DNA of 64,000 bases from Alphaproteobacteria bacterium (GTDB lineage: Bacteria; Pseudomonadota; Alphaproteobacteria; Rs-D84), in NCBI GenBank assembly GCA_024402765.1, contig JAKSTC010000002.1, positions 34,037-98,036 of the forward strand, given 5' to 3'. Of this stretch, positions 36,664 to 45,736 are shown piece after piece. The translations under genes were made by a program, and so were the position numbers. Each line of letters starts with the position of its first letter. Position 1 is the first letter of the stretch. The notes under the pieces are model-generated. The model saw only the letters and a list, made by a program, of their open reading frames with translations, made no database searches and was not told the DNA's origin.

Positions 36664-36951
36664 TAATGTGCTCTTTTGTTGTCTCACAGGGATGCAAACG
36701 CATAATCGCGATTGATTTGGATATATAGCACAGGCTATTTTTTCTTTGGTAAACTATGCGCTAGAATTGTAGGGGAAATACCCAAAATAAACATAGCTTT
36801 TTATTTTGCAAGAGTCACCCGATGTACTTAACTGCTTTGCATAATTTTACAATCGTCGTTTACCTTGTATAGTGTAACATTCATAAAACTTTATTACCTG
36901 TGCGCCCCATTCGTTTAATTTACATATTCATCAAAATACATGAAAGGTTTA

Positions 36952-39105
36952 CTATTTACATGTTACAGTGCCATCTGCATTTATTGTTGCAGTAAATCCG
37001 GGGAGGCACGTGTTGTCGGTGCATGCATTGTTGGCTTCAGTTGTATAAGTCTGTTCTGCGAACCAATATAACAAAGTTGTTTCACCAGTGCGTGGTTGAA
37101 TAATTTTGTTCGATTCAGCAGTGTCTGTTGGGTTGTGTTCGCAATTTCCCCAAATACGTTCGGTTAATTTACATGTGAAAAGATTGGCATCTGGGCCAGA
37201 ACAAATGGTGTCACCAGGCTGTGGCTTGCCTGGGGATAAATCATATAATTTTGTATAGAAATTTTTGTCTGTTGTATCATATCCGATTTCAGAAGCCAAA
37301 TTGTTGGCTATACTTTTTAATGTCGTGTCGCCAGCAGACGCAACACAATTATATACCTCGTTCCAGCATGAATAACGATTCAAAATAGATTTACGATTAA
37401 TGGAATATTCTGTATCCGTACACAAACCAAAGTTCCCCTCTATCGAAGAACATTGTTGTATGATGCATTGACGTCCAACCTCACGACAGGTGGAAAGAAT
37501 ATTGTTATATGCCTCTGTTAACATTATGTTGCTAACACCTGTTTGACATTGGGTTTCTGTGTCGCCAGGTGTGCGTAAAATTGCGTTACACGATTCAACA
37601 ATGTTATTGCACATTGCTTGGGCTGTTTTTATAGCCGATACACCAAAAATAGATAATGCACGTGAATCAAAATCCTCTATGGAGTCAATTGCGTTTGATA
37701 AACATTGGGATGTTAATGTAGTACAACTTTGGCGGACGGTTTCTAATTTTGCCTGTTGTGCAAGTTTGATTTGTGCGATTGCATCCTCTATAAACAAGTT
37801 CCACACATCGTTAGTGATGTTTTGACAGTTTTGCGTTGCGGGTTCAATGTATTTCTTTTTAGAATTTAAAAATGCAACAAATTGATCATTTACATCAGAC
37901 CATTTTTGCCCCTCTGCCGGGACAGTAATTAAATTGGGTAAATTAACCAGTTGGTCGGTAAGGAATGCTTCGCCTGTGGACGGATCAATATATTGCCCCG
38001 TCGTATCCAAACATTTGCCCAAATCAGCCCCACAAACATTAGATGCAGTTAGCATATCCAACATTTTGGCCTTGCAGGTCAAAACATCGTCAGAATTGCG
38101 TGTCTGATAAATGTCCAGACGCGACATGTCCAACAGAGCACTGCTTTCCAAGATTTTTGCACGTGTTTGCTCGATTTGGGTTTCGTATGTTTTTTTGACG
38201 GTGTTGCAATCTTGTTCAATTAACATGTTATAACCATTTTCAGCAATAGATAATTCGGATTCAGAACAAACCTCTGTTGCCATTTGACGGCATATGGGCA
38301 GGGCGGCGGCATATAAAGCCGTTCCAGTTTTGGTTGTCGTTGATGCACCTGCAAGCGAATCAACGGAATCAAATGCTGTGTCTGCATTTAATGACCAAGT
38401 CAGACTATTGACACTATTCCCGAAATCTGTGTTTTGAAAATTTGCATTCAATTTTTTGGCAATGGCATCCAGTGCACGTTTTGATGCGGTTTTATCTTCG
38501 GTGGTATTAAAGGCAATTTCGCCTTCGGTCGCAGTATTAATCGCCAATGCATCTTCTTTGTCCAAGTTAACTGTTAATAAACGTTGACTGAAATCTAGTA
38601 ATTTTTCTTCTGCTGCACCAAGTTGTTTTTTTATATCGTCAAATTCATGTAATCGGCTTGAACATGCACATCGGTGTAGTTGGGCATCCTTGTTCGCACA
38701 AAATTCATCCATACAAGCATTAAATACAGTGCGACAGTTGGAATAGTTTTTTGACAAAACCTCTGCTACTGCGGTGGCGTTTGTTGCTAAACGTGCGGTA
38801 TTTGTTTTTGTTGTCGCAGTACGCGTAATTGTGCTGGGTGAGACATTGTTTGAACGTGCAGTTGCACCGCGCAATGTGGTTGCAGAACGGTTTATGTTTG
38901 TGTTTCTGGTTGTTGGCGTTGATTGTGTACGTGATATAGCCATAGACCGATTCGTTGTGTTGGTTGTGCGCGATGTTGTTTGATTAGAATTTGCGGAGTC
39001 ACGATAAGGAGTTACGCGTCCAGATTGAACAGCGTTCGCAGCCCATGTTCCATAAAACACAAAAGGAACAAGCAATATGCTAAAGATGTATTTATACCCT
39101 TTCAT
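36952..39105 (-). CDS. Large secreted cysteine-rich protein, family member D (717 aa)
   Basis: Signal peptide, an Arg/Thr/Asn/Ser-rich region, then CRTVFNACMDEFCANKDAQLHRCACS. Collinear with member A (for example CGADLGKCLDTTGQYIDPSTGE vs CGKDFVHCMDVTGLYLNKTTGE). Confidence 0.8.
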   Translation of the reverse strand: MKGYKYIFSILLVPFVFYGTWAANAVQSGRVTPYRDSANSNQTTSRTTNTTNRSMAISRTQSTPTTRNTNINRSATTLRGATARSNNVSPSTITRTATTKTNTARLATNATAVAEVLSKNYSNCRTVFNACMDEFCANKDAQLHRCACSSRLHEFDDIKKQLGAAEEKLLDFSQRLLTVNLDKEDALAINTATEGEIAFNTTEDKTASKRALDAIAKKLNANFQNTDFGNSVNSLTWSLNADTAFDSVDSLAGASTTTKTGTALYAAALPICRQMATEVCSESELSIAENGYNMLIEQDCNTVKKTYETQIEQTRAKILESSALLDMSRLDIYQTRNSDDVLTCKAKMLDMLTASNVCGADLGKCLDTTGQYIDPSTGEAFLTDQLVNLPNLITVPAEGQKWSDVNDQFVAFLNSKKKYIEPATQNCQNITNDVWNLFIEDAIAQIKLAQQAKLETVRQSCTTLTSQCLSNAIDSIEDFDSRALSIFGVSAIKTAQAMCNNIVESCNAILRTPGDTETQCQTGVSNIMLTEAYNNILSTCREVGRQCIIQQCSSIEGNFGLCTDTEYSINRKSILNRYSCWNEVYNCVASAGDTTLKSIANNLASEIGYDTTDKNFYTKLYDLSPGKPQPGDTICSGPDANLFTCKLTERIWGNCEHNPTDTAESNKIIQPRTGETTLLYWFAEQTYTTEANNACTDNTCLPGFTATINADGTVTCK

Positions 39106-39171
39106 TCCTTAATACGAGATAATCTTAGCAAAATTTAATTTTGGGGGGCAAGTATATTTTTATCTTTTTCT

Positions 39172-39256
39172 TGGTGCGGCTAGGGGGACTTGAACCCCCA
39201 AGGTTTGCACCACAGCATCCTTAGTGCTGCGCGTATACCAATTCCGCCATAGCCGC
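39172..39256 (-). tRNA. tRNA-Leu with anticodon AAG (class II, long variable arm)
   Basis: Reverse complement: GCGGCTA TG GCGGAATTGGTATACGC G CAGCA CTAAGGA TGCTG TGGTGCAAACCT TGGGGGTTCAAGTCCCCC TAGCCGC ACCA. It aligns arm for arm with E. coli tRNA-Leu as I recall it. Loop positions 34-36 read AAG. Confidence 0.85.
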
Positions 39257-39337
39257 GTTGAACATTATTCTTGCAATAAAGTCTTTTTTTTTCAACTGTT
39301 TTATGGTAAGATGAAATAAAATATTTAAAGAAAGGAA

Positions 39338-40906
39338 ATGAGTATGAGAAAGATATCCGGATTTTTTGTCTGTTTGTCGATGGGAATGATTCTGCCTATG
39401 GTCGCGACCGCGGCAGGAACTTACTATAATACGGCCAGCCAACAACGTTCTTATTCCAGTTATGCAGAACAAAGAAAGGCAACAACACAAAATTCAGGTT
39501 ATAAAAATTATGCAAACCCTAATGTGAAATATTCAACCAGCGGTAATGTTGTGGGACAACAGACAAAAAATGTTCAGGTGGCAAAACAACAACCAGCACA
39601 AATACAAAGCCCCTCAAATAAAAAGGGATTTTATATGGGATTGGGCATAACACACGAATCTGCGATGTGGGAATTTGAAATGCAACAGGCGGGTTCAAAA
39701 TTGCACTATGATAATATCGGTTGGAATGTTTTGGATATTAATGCTGGTTATAAGTTTGATACGAGTTTGCCTTTCCAAATTGATGCTGGGTTTAAATACG
39801 GTATGCAATCGTCAGAGTCAACAATGATTGATGATGATATTACGCATGGTGGAATTGCAGGTGATGAATGGAAAATAACTTTAAACCCTGGTACTGAACA
39901 ACAGCAACAGTTTAAAGAGCATCAGGTTACACGTGCCATGTCTGTCGGAACCACTAAAGGTGGAAATATGATGGAATTTAATGTTGGTATGGGTTTGACG
40001 GATGTCTTTAAAATTGGTCGTTTGAAAATGACGCCATCAATTGGATATCGTTATTTAAAATACAAATTACATACGGAAAGTAATTACGGAATGGCTATAG
40101 ATACAATAGATGCGCTTAATTATTGTCTGGTTTTCCCTAATACAGGTGAAACACAATGTAGCCCGATGTTGGTGTTCTTTAATCCTGGTAGTGGTGCAGA
40201 AGAGTTGGGGGCGGTTGAGTTGATTGATTTAGACGGAGATAGATATGCCGATGTGTCTGGGGTTATCGTGCCTTCAGATATTGGTGATTATACTCATATT
40301 AGTACAGAAAATACTTATTATTATCAACAACCAGGAACAAGCCATGAATATGATGTGACTTGGGCGGGGCCATATGTTGCGCTGGATATGGAATATGATA
40401 TAAATCAGAATAATTCTGCGAATATGCGTGTGGAACTTGGTTTTCCGGGGTATAAGGCAGAGGGGGATCAGCCGTATCGCCCAGATTGGCAACATCCAAA
40501 GAGTGTTGAGGATGAAGCCAAAATGTTTGGCGCATTGCATTTAGGGTTGGCGGCAAATTGGATGACAGCAATTACAGACACTATATCTTTATCTTTGGGT
40601 GTAACATATGATTATTATAAAACGAGTAAGGCAGATGCAACGACATATTTTGATTCGAGTTATTATATGCCTGCTTATAATGCTTTGTTGGCAAAGTGGA
40701 TTAATGATACGGGTTTAGATGAAGCAACGGCAGAACGTTATATGTTAAATGGTGGTTCTGATGGTGAACATACATATATCGCAAATCCAACGGCTGTTTA
40801 TATTAATGGCTTAAGAAATAACGGATGGAAAGAAACGATTGCAGAAGAAATTAAATCAGTTTACCGTTCATTGGGTGTCCGTGTAGGGGTTGCGGTAAAG
40901 TTCTAA
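39338..40906 (+). CDS. Putative outer-membrane beta-barrel protein
   Basis: Signal peptide (...MVATAAG), alternating-pattern strands, and a C-terminal ...GVRVGVAVKF ending in an aromatic residue. An alternative start at 39344 is possible. Confidence 0.6.
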   Translation: MSMRKISGFFVCLSMGMILPMVATAAGTYYNTASQQRSYSSYAEQRKATTQNSGYKNYANPNVKYSTSGNVVGQQTKNVQVAKQQPAQIQSPSNKKGFYMGLGITHESAMWEFEMQQAGSKLHYDNIGWNVLDINAGYKFDTSLPFQIDAGFKYGMQSSESTMIDDDITHGGIAGDEWKITLNPGTEQQQQFKEHQVTRAMSVGTTKGGNMMEFNVGMGLTDVFKIGRLKMTPSIGYRYLKYKLHTESNYGMAIDTIDALNYCLVFPNTGETQCSPMLVFFNPGSGAEELGAVELIDLDGDRYADVSGVIVPSDIGDYTHISTENTYYYQQPGTSHEYDVTWAGPYVALDMEYDINQNNSANMRVELGFPGYKAEGDQPYRPDWQHPKSVEDEAKMFGALHLGLAANWMTAITDTISLSLGVTYDYYKTSKADATTYFDSSYYMPAYNALLAKWINDTGLDEATAERYMLNGGSDGEHTYIANPTAVYINGLRNNGWKETIAEEIKSVYRSLGVRVGVAVKF

Positions 40907-41511
40907 TGAAGTCAAAAATTTTGATTTTGGGTTTCTTGTTGTTTATACCAACTGCATTTGCTACGCAGTTGGGGGGTAATGCTTTTATAAGTATAACAAG
41001 TGATACTGCGGTAAATGCAAAAAATATTGCGATGAACGATGCGCGTCGTCAGATTGTTTTTGATGTGGTTCATCAATATGCAAACACAGAACAGTTGAAA
41101 GAGTTGATACAAAATTCAAGTGATGCTGATTTAACAAATCTGGTCTCTTCGGTTAGTATTGAGGGCGAAAAGCAATCTAATACCACATATAATGCGAATA
41201 TTACAATGGTTTTGAATATGGACGGTGTGCGTGATTGGTTAACACAAAACTCTGTTCAAAATTGGTTACCAAATGCTTATGACACAGATAGGTTTGTTAT
41301 TATCGCGACTTTGAAAGAACCTGTTGACGATATATCAGAGATAAATTCTCTTGCAGGAACAGGTGGGGGCGATGTTATCGTTGATAGTATATTGGGAAAT
41401 CAGGTAACCTTTTCTGCGTTGGCTTCTAAACGGACCAGTTTGACGATTGCCTTGCAACAGCATGGTTGGAAATTTTTAAATCAAGATAATGTATTGAAAA
41501 TCTGGAAATAG
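40906..41511 (+). CDS. Secreted hypothetical protein (201 aa)
   Basis: Signal peptide MKSKILILGFLLFIPTAFA. The start overlaps the stop of the OMP gene (TAATG), which suggests an operon. Confidence 0.5.
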   Translation: MKSKILILGFLLFIPTAFATQLGGNAFISITSDTAVNAKNIAMNDARRQIVFDVVHQYANTEQLKELIQNSSDADLTNLVSSVSIEGEKQSNTTYNANITMVLNMDGVRDWLTQNSVQNWLPNAYDTDRFVIIATLKEPVDDISEINSLAGTGGGDVIVDSILGNQVTFSALASKRTSLTIALQQHGWKFLNQDNVLKIWK

Positions 41512-41523
41512 AAACCCAAACGA

Positions 41524-43371
41524 TTAAAACATCAGATGGGTTTTTGCCAGAATATATATTTCGTCTTTGCCGTATGGGTTATCCACAAATCCTGCGGTTA
41601 TGTTCTTGTATGACAACGCGTATTCAAATGTTGGTTTTGTTGACAAGTCAAAATTGTAGTTGTCGAATTGAATAGAACCATCGCGCAGGCGTTCTGTTGC
41701 TAATGTCATTGTCATATTGCCAGAAATGATTGTTTCTGGTAAGGATACTTCAAATTTCCAGTTTTTGTGTTCAAGGCTGACTGTGGCGGCTGCGGTAAAG
41801 ATGTTTGAAAAGTTATTGATGACAGATTCCGGGGCAGGGCGTGCAGACATGGTGCCGAATTGTGCACGTGTAAATAACCTTGTGTCGTCAGTTAAACTAA
41901 AAGTGTGGTTTGTCGCGATATAAGCATTTTGTGAAGAATCTATTTGCATAAAACCTGTGCCTTCAAGTAAGTTAATATCGCTGGAACCAAATTCTAATAT
42001 CTTTGGTTGGATGGTGTCTGGTTCTGATCTGTGCAGTCGGTCAAGACCGCGACTGCGATTTACGACTTGGACGTTGTCAATCAAGTTTTGTGTGTATGAA
42101 CGGCCGTATTCGTCAAAGGCAGCCATTTTCGCGCCTGATTTTGCGATTGATTCTGCGATGGCCGGTGTTACGTTCGCGGTTACTAAACGTTGAACAATTC
42201 TTCCAGAAATAGCAACAGACATTTCGCCAACAGGTTTAGTTGCCTGATCTAAATTTAACAATCCCCAACCATAAATTTCATCAATTCCTGGTGTGCCTAA
42301 ATCAGTAGCGGTTCTTAATAAGATTTCTGTAATTTGATTAGAGTTTAAGTAAGGAAATTTTTCTTGTAGAATTGCAACGGCACCCGATACTATTGGTGCA
42401 GCAAAACTGGTACCATTAAGATATTTGTTTGTATCTGTTGCAAGGTTTTCCCCAGGTGCGGCGATGCAATAATCTTGGGTAATTCCACACTGATTACTGA
42501 ATGATGCTAATGTGTTTGATTTTGTGTCAAATGCAACAACATTGATAAAATGTCCTTGCAGACCTTCTACTGCAATTGGTAACGCAGATAAAGCAGAACT
42601 TTCAGTCATGCCTTGGTTGCCTGCAGCAAAAATAAATATTGAACCTTGTTGTGCAGCATTTTCCATCTTAGTTATAAAGTTGTTACCAGTTATAGATGAC
42701 ATAATAGAACGGGTTGTTGCTTGTGTTGCGAAAATGTTTGTTATCTCCCAACTGGCATTATATATTGATTTTGTTTGGTCGATATTTAATGCAAATTTTT
42801 CAAAATCCAAAGAACCATCTGACTTTGCGACATTTCTTATGTCTATATCTGCACTGGGGGCCACAGTGGTTGCAAAATATGTCACGTTGTTTCCATGGTT
42901 TGTCGGTGAATAAAAGTTGTCCATAATTTTGATGTTTGAACCGTTACCTTCATATCCGCGGGCATGTGCGTATTTAAGGCCTATGGCGTCATAATCTGTA
43001 TTGTTTTTGATATAATATGCACTATTTGCTACAGAATTGATGTCTCTTTTATATGTTGGTGTATTGTCAAATGTCAGGTATGCAGAATCGTAAATTGATG
43101 GGGAACGAAAAGAAACTGTCGTCGTCGTCGCGCTGGAAGTGTTATCAGATGTACCGCCAGAATTTCCTATTGCCATTAATGCAACCGCACCACCGACCAG
43201 ACCCAAACCACCAACCCCCAGCCAGATTGCGGTTGAATAATCAGTTTTTTCGCATTTTTCTGGATACATTTCGCGATATTTCGCGTCTTTACAGGGATCA
43301 TTCGCCAGCGCAGATGTTGCCATAAACACTGTTGCTAAACTAACTGTCAAAACTCTATTTATCTCTTTCAT
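41524..43371 (-). CDS. Subtilisin-like (S8) serine protease with an autotransporter-like C-terminal domain
   Basis: GTSFAAPIVSGAVAILQEKFP (catalytic Ser motif) and NHGNNV (His region). The C-terminal about 250 aa is beta-rich and ends HLMF. Confidence 0.75.
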   Translation of the reverse strand: MKEINRVLTVSLATVFMATSALANDPCKDAKYREMYPEKCEKTDYSTAIWLGVGGLGLVGGAVALMAIGNSGGTSDNTSSATTTTVSFRSPSIYDSAYLTFDNTPTYKRDINSVANSAYYIKNNTDYDAIGLKYAHARGYEGNGSNIKIMDNFYSPTNHGNNVTYFATTVAPSADIDIRNVAKSDGSLDFEKFALNIDQTKSIYNASWEITNIFATQATTRSIMSSITGNNFITKMENAAQQGSIFIFAAGNQGMTESSALSALPIAVEGLQGHFINVVAFDTKSNTLASFSNQCGITQDYCIAAPGENLATDTNKYLNGTSFAAPIVSGAVAILQEKFPYLNSNQITEILLRTATDLGTPGIDEIYGWGLLNLDQATKPVGEMSVAISGRIVQRLVTANVTPAIAESIAKSGAKMAAFDEYGRSYTQNLIDNVQVVNRSRGLDRLHRSEPDTIQPKILEFGSSDINLLEGTGFMQIDSSQNAYIATNHTFSLTDDTRLFTRAQFGTMSARPAPESVINNFSNIFTAAATVSLEHKNWKFEVSLPETIISGNMTMTLATERLRDGSIQFDNYNFDLSTKPTFEYALSYKNITAGFVDNPYGKDEIYILAKTHLMF

Positions 43372-43611
43372 CTTTCACCTCACACTTATAAATGTAGTGC
43401 AAAAAGTTAATTTGTCAAGTTTTTAATGGGTCAAGCAACATTTTTTGAATTTTATTAGAAAACACTTGATTTTTGTCTGTTTTTGTTCTAATATCGCGTT
43501 ACGCGCTTTGCGTGAAGAACACAGTTGTTAGGTGAGTTTCTGTCGGATTTATTGAAAATCTGGTTTTTATTGCCTGACAGCGAGGATAACAACAGAAAAA
43601 AGGATAAAATT

Positions 43612-44463
43612 ATGGCATTGCCTACATTTACTATGAAACAACTGATGGAAGCGGGTGTTCATTTCGGTCACCACACACGTCGTTGGAATCCATTGATGAC
43701 ACCTTATGTTTATGGGGTTAAGGATAAAATACATATTATCAATTTGAATAAAACTGCACCACTATTACAACGTTCTTTGGTCGCGATAGAGGCTATTGCT
43801 GCCGCCGGGGGCAAGGTTTTATTCGTCGCAACAAAGCATCAGGCAAAGGATATTGTCAAAGATGCAGCAGAACGTTGCGGTCAATTTTATGTGAATAATC
43901 GTTGGTTGGGTGGTATGTTGACTAACTGGACAACGGTTTCACAAAGTATTCGTCGTTTAAAGAAAATGGAAGCGGATATCGCAAATGCTGACAAATTGGG
44001 TCTGACCAAGAAAGAAGTTGGTGTTATGACCAAAGAAGTTGAAAAATTGCGTGATGTTTTCGGTGGTATTTTGGAAATGCACGGTGTTCCACAGGCTATG
44101 GTTGTTATTGATGTGCCACGTGAAATGAATGCTGTCCGCGAAGCGAAAAATTTGGATATTCCAACTGTTGCGATTTGCGATACAAATGCAAATCCAGAAA
44201 TGGTCGACTATCCTGTACCGGGTAATGATGATGCATCACGCGCAATTCAATTGTATTGCGACTTGTTTGTTGATGCGATTTTGTCTGGTATTGAAAAACG
44301 TCTGGGTGGTGCTGCGGGTAAAAAGGCTGATGCAGAAATCGCAATGGACGTTGCCGAAGATTTGGAAGATGATGTAAAGGCCAAAGAAGCCAAGGCAAAG
44401 TCCAAGGCATCCGAAGGTCGTGCAGAACGTCGTGAAAAATTGGCAGACAAGGCCAGCAAATAA
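43612..44463 (+). CDS. rpsB: 30S ribosomal protein S2
   Basis: MALPTFTMKQLMEAGVHFGHHTRRWNP. Start is ATG 43612. Confidence 0.95.
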   Translation: MALPTFTMKQLMEAGVHFGHHTRRWNPLMTPYVYGVKDKIHIINLNKTAPLLQRSLVAIEAIAAAGGKVLFVATKHQAKDIVKDAAERCGQFYVNNRWLGGMLTNWTTVSQSIRRLKKMEADIANADKLGLTKKEVGVMTKEVEKLRDVFGGILEMHGVPQAMVVIDVPREMNAVREAKNLDIPTVAICDTNANPEMVDYPVPGNDDASRAIQLYCDLFVDAILSGIEKRLGGAAGKKADAEIAMDVAEDLEDDVKAKEAKAKSKASEGRAERREKLADKASK

Positions 44464-44536
44464 TTACAAATAATCGTATTAGCACCAATTGGTGCTAATA
44501 CAAACTTTAATTTTTATAAAAAATGGGGGAAATACA

Positions 44537-45406
44537 ATGGCAGAAGTAACAGCAAAATTGATACAAGAACTGCGTGAAAAAACATCTGCGGGTATGATGG
44601 ATTGCAAAAAAGCATTGGTTGAAAACGATGGTGATATAGAGGCTGCATCAGATTGGTTGCGTCAAAAAGGTATTGTCAAGGCGGCATCAAAATCTGGTCG
44701 TGTTGCGGCATCTGGATTGGTTACCGTTGTAAAGTGCGACAATATGGGTTGTGTTGTTGAATTGAATGCAGAAACAGACTTTGTCGCAAAGAATGAAAAG
44801 TTCCAGGCGTTGGTTGCATCCGTTGCAAACAAAGCGTTGGAATTGGGTGGTGATTTTGAGGCTACATTAGATGCAGTCAAAGATGATATCGCAACAACAA
44901 TTTCTACGATTGGTGAAAATATGAATTTGCGCCGAATTAACAAAGTTACTGGCGACAATATCTTTTCATACATTCATAACGCGATGGTTCCAGGTATGGG
45001 GCAAATCGGTGTTGTGGTTGCTATCAATGGTAACGACCCAAAGATTGCAGAAATCGGTAATAAAATCGCAATGCACATTGCTGCGAACAAACCTGAATTT
45101 ATGACAATTGCGGATGTTGATCCGAAATCTGTTGAACGCGAAAAGAAAGTGTTTATCGAATCGGGGGCTACAGATGGCAAACCAGAAGCGGTTGTTGAAA
45201 AAATGGTTCAGGGTCGTATCAATAAATGGTATGCCGAATCGGTATTAGAAGAACAACCATTTGTTATGGATCCATCCAAAACAGTTAAAGAAGTAGTAGC
45301 AGAGGCCGGTGGTAAATTGGCAGGCTTTGCATATTATGTTGTTGGCGAAGGCATCGAAAAACGCGATGACAACCTGGCCGACGAAGTTGCAAAAATGTTG
45401 AATTAA
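44537..45406 (+). CDS. tsf: Elongation factor Ts
   Basis: MAEVTAKLIQELREKTSAGMMDCKKAL. Start is ATG 44537. Confidence 0.95.
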   Translation: MAEVTAKLIQELREKTSAGMMDCKKALVENDGDIEAASDWLRQKGIVKAASKSGRVAASGLVTVVKCDNMGCVVELNAETDFVAKNEKFQALVASVANKALELGGDFEATLDAVKDDIATTISTIGENMNLRRINKVTGDNIFSYIHNAMVPGMGQIGVVVAINGNDPKIAEIGNKIAMHIAANKPEFMTIADVDPKSVEREKKVFIESGATDGKPEAVVEKMVQGRINKWYAESVLEEQPFVMDPSKTVKEVVAEAGGKLAGFAYYVVGEGIEKRDDNLADEVAKMLN

Positions 45407-45430
45407 AATTTAGCATTTGCTTATAAAAAT

Positions 45431-45456
45431 CGCACAGATTTCTGTGCGGTTTTTTG
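45431..45456 (+). terminator. Rho-independent terminator after tsf
   Basis: cgcacag-attt-ctgtgcg plus a T-run. Confidence 0.7.
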
Positions 45457-45485
45457 TTGCGTTGAAAATTGAATCTTGTTAGAAT
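45457..45485 (+). promoter_or_regulatory. Sigma70-like promoter
   Basis: TTGCGT, 17-nt spacer, TAGAAT. Same layout as the promoter at 58151-58179. Confidence 0.4.
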
Positions 45486-45489
45486 GTTT

Positions 45490-45670
45490 CTGTCACAGGG
45501 ATTTTTCTGTGATGGGGTGTAGTAACCCGATTGGTGCTCGTCTAAAGATGGACGTAAAAGACTCCAACCACGATAAAGGTTGGAGGGTTGCTGAATATAA
45601 AGAATAGGCACACAATTTAGCATCAAATTGTTACTAACCTCCAACCGCCTAAACTTTTAAGCGGTTTTTT
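45490..45670 (+). ncRNA. Candidate structured leader RNA / sRNA (unclassified)
   Basis: Has its own promoter. Long-range helix ggtgtagtaac / gttactaacc encloses three hairpins: cgtc..gacg, ctccaacc-acgataaa-ggttggag and gctgaat..atttagc. Ends in aaccgc..gcggttttttt. Confidence 0.3.
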
Positions 45671-45671
45671 T

Positions 45672-45703
45672 GGTGGCGTATTTCCACGCATTTATACGCC
45701 ACC
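45672..45703 (+). promoter_or_regulatory. Conserved 32-nt hairpin / inverted repeat GGTGGCGTA-N14-TACGCCACC (copy 1 of 3)
   Basis: Perfect 9-bp arms. The same element occurs at 58410-58442 and 58457-58488, each about 30 nt upstream of an RBS and an MKRLF start. Confidence 0.5.
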
Positions 45704-45736
45704 ACCCAGGATAAAGGAACGGGGGGATGAAAGGAA

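Noticed and set aside
36664-36951. 288-nt convergent intergenic region between pth and Cys-rich gene D; possible sRNA or terminator
   Set aside because: I found no convincing hairpin with a T-run, promoter or conserved motif. I could not support any feature here.
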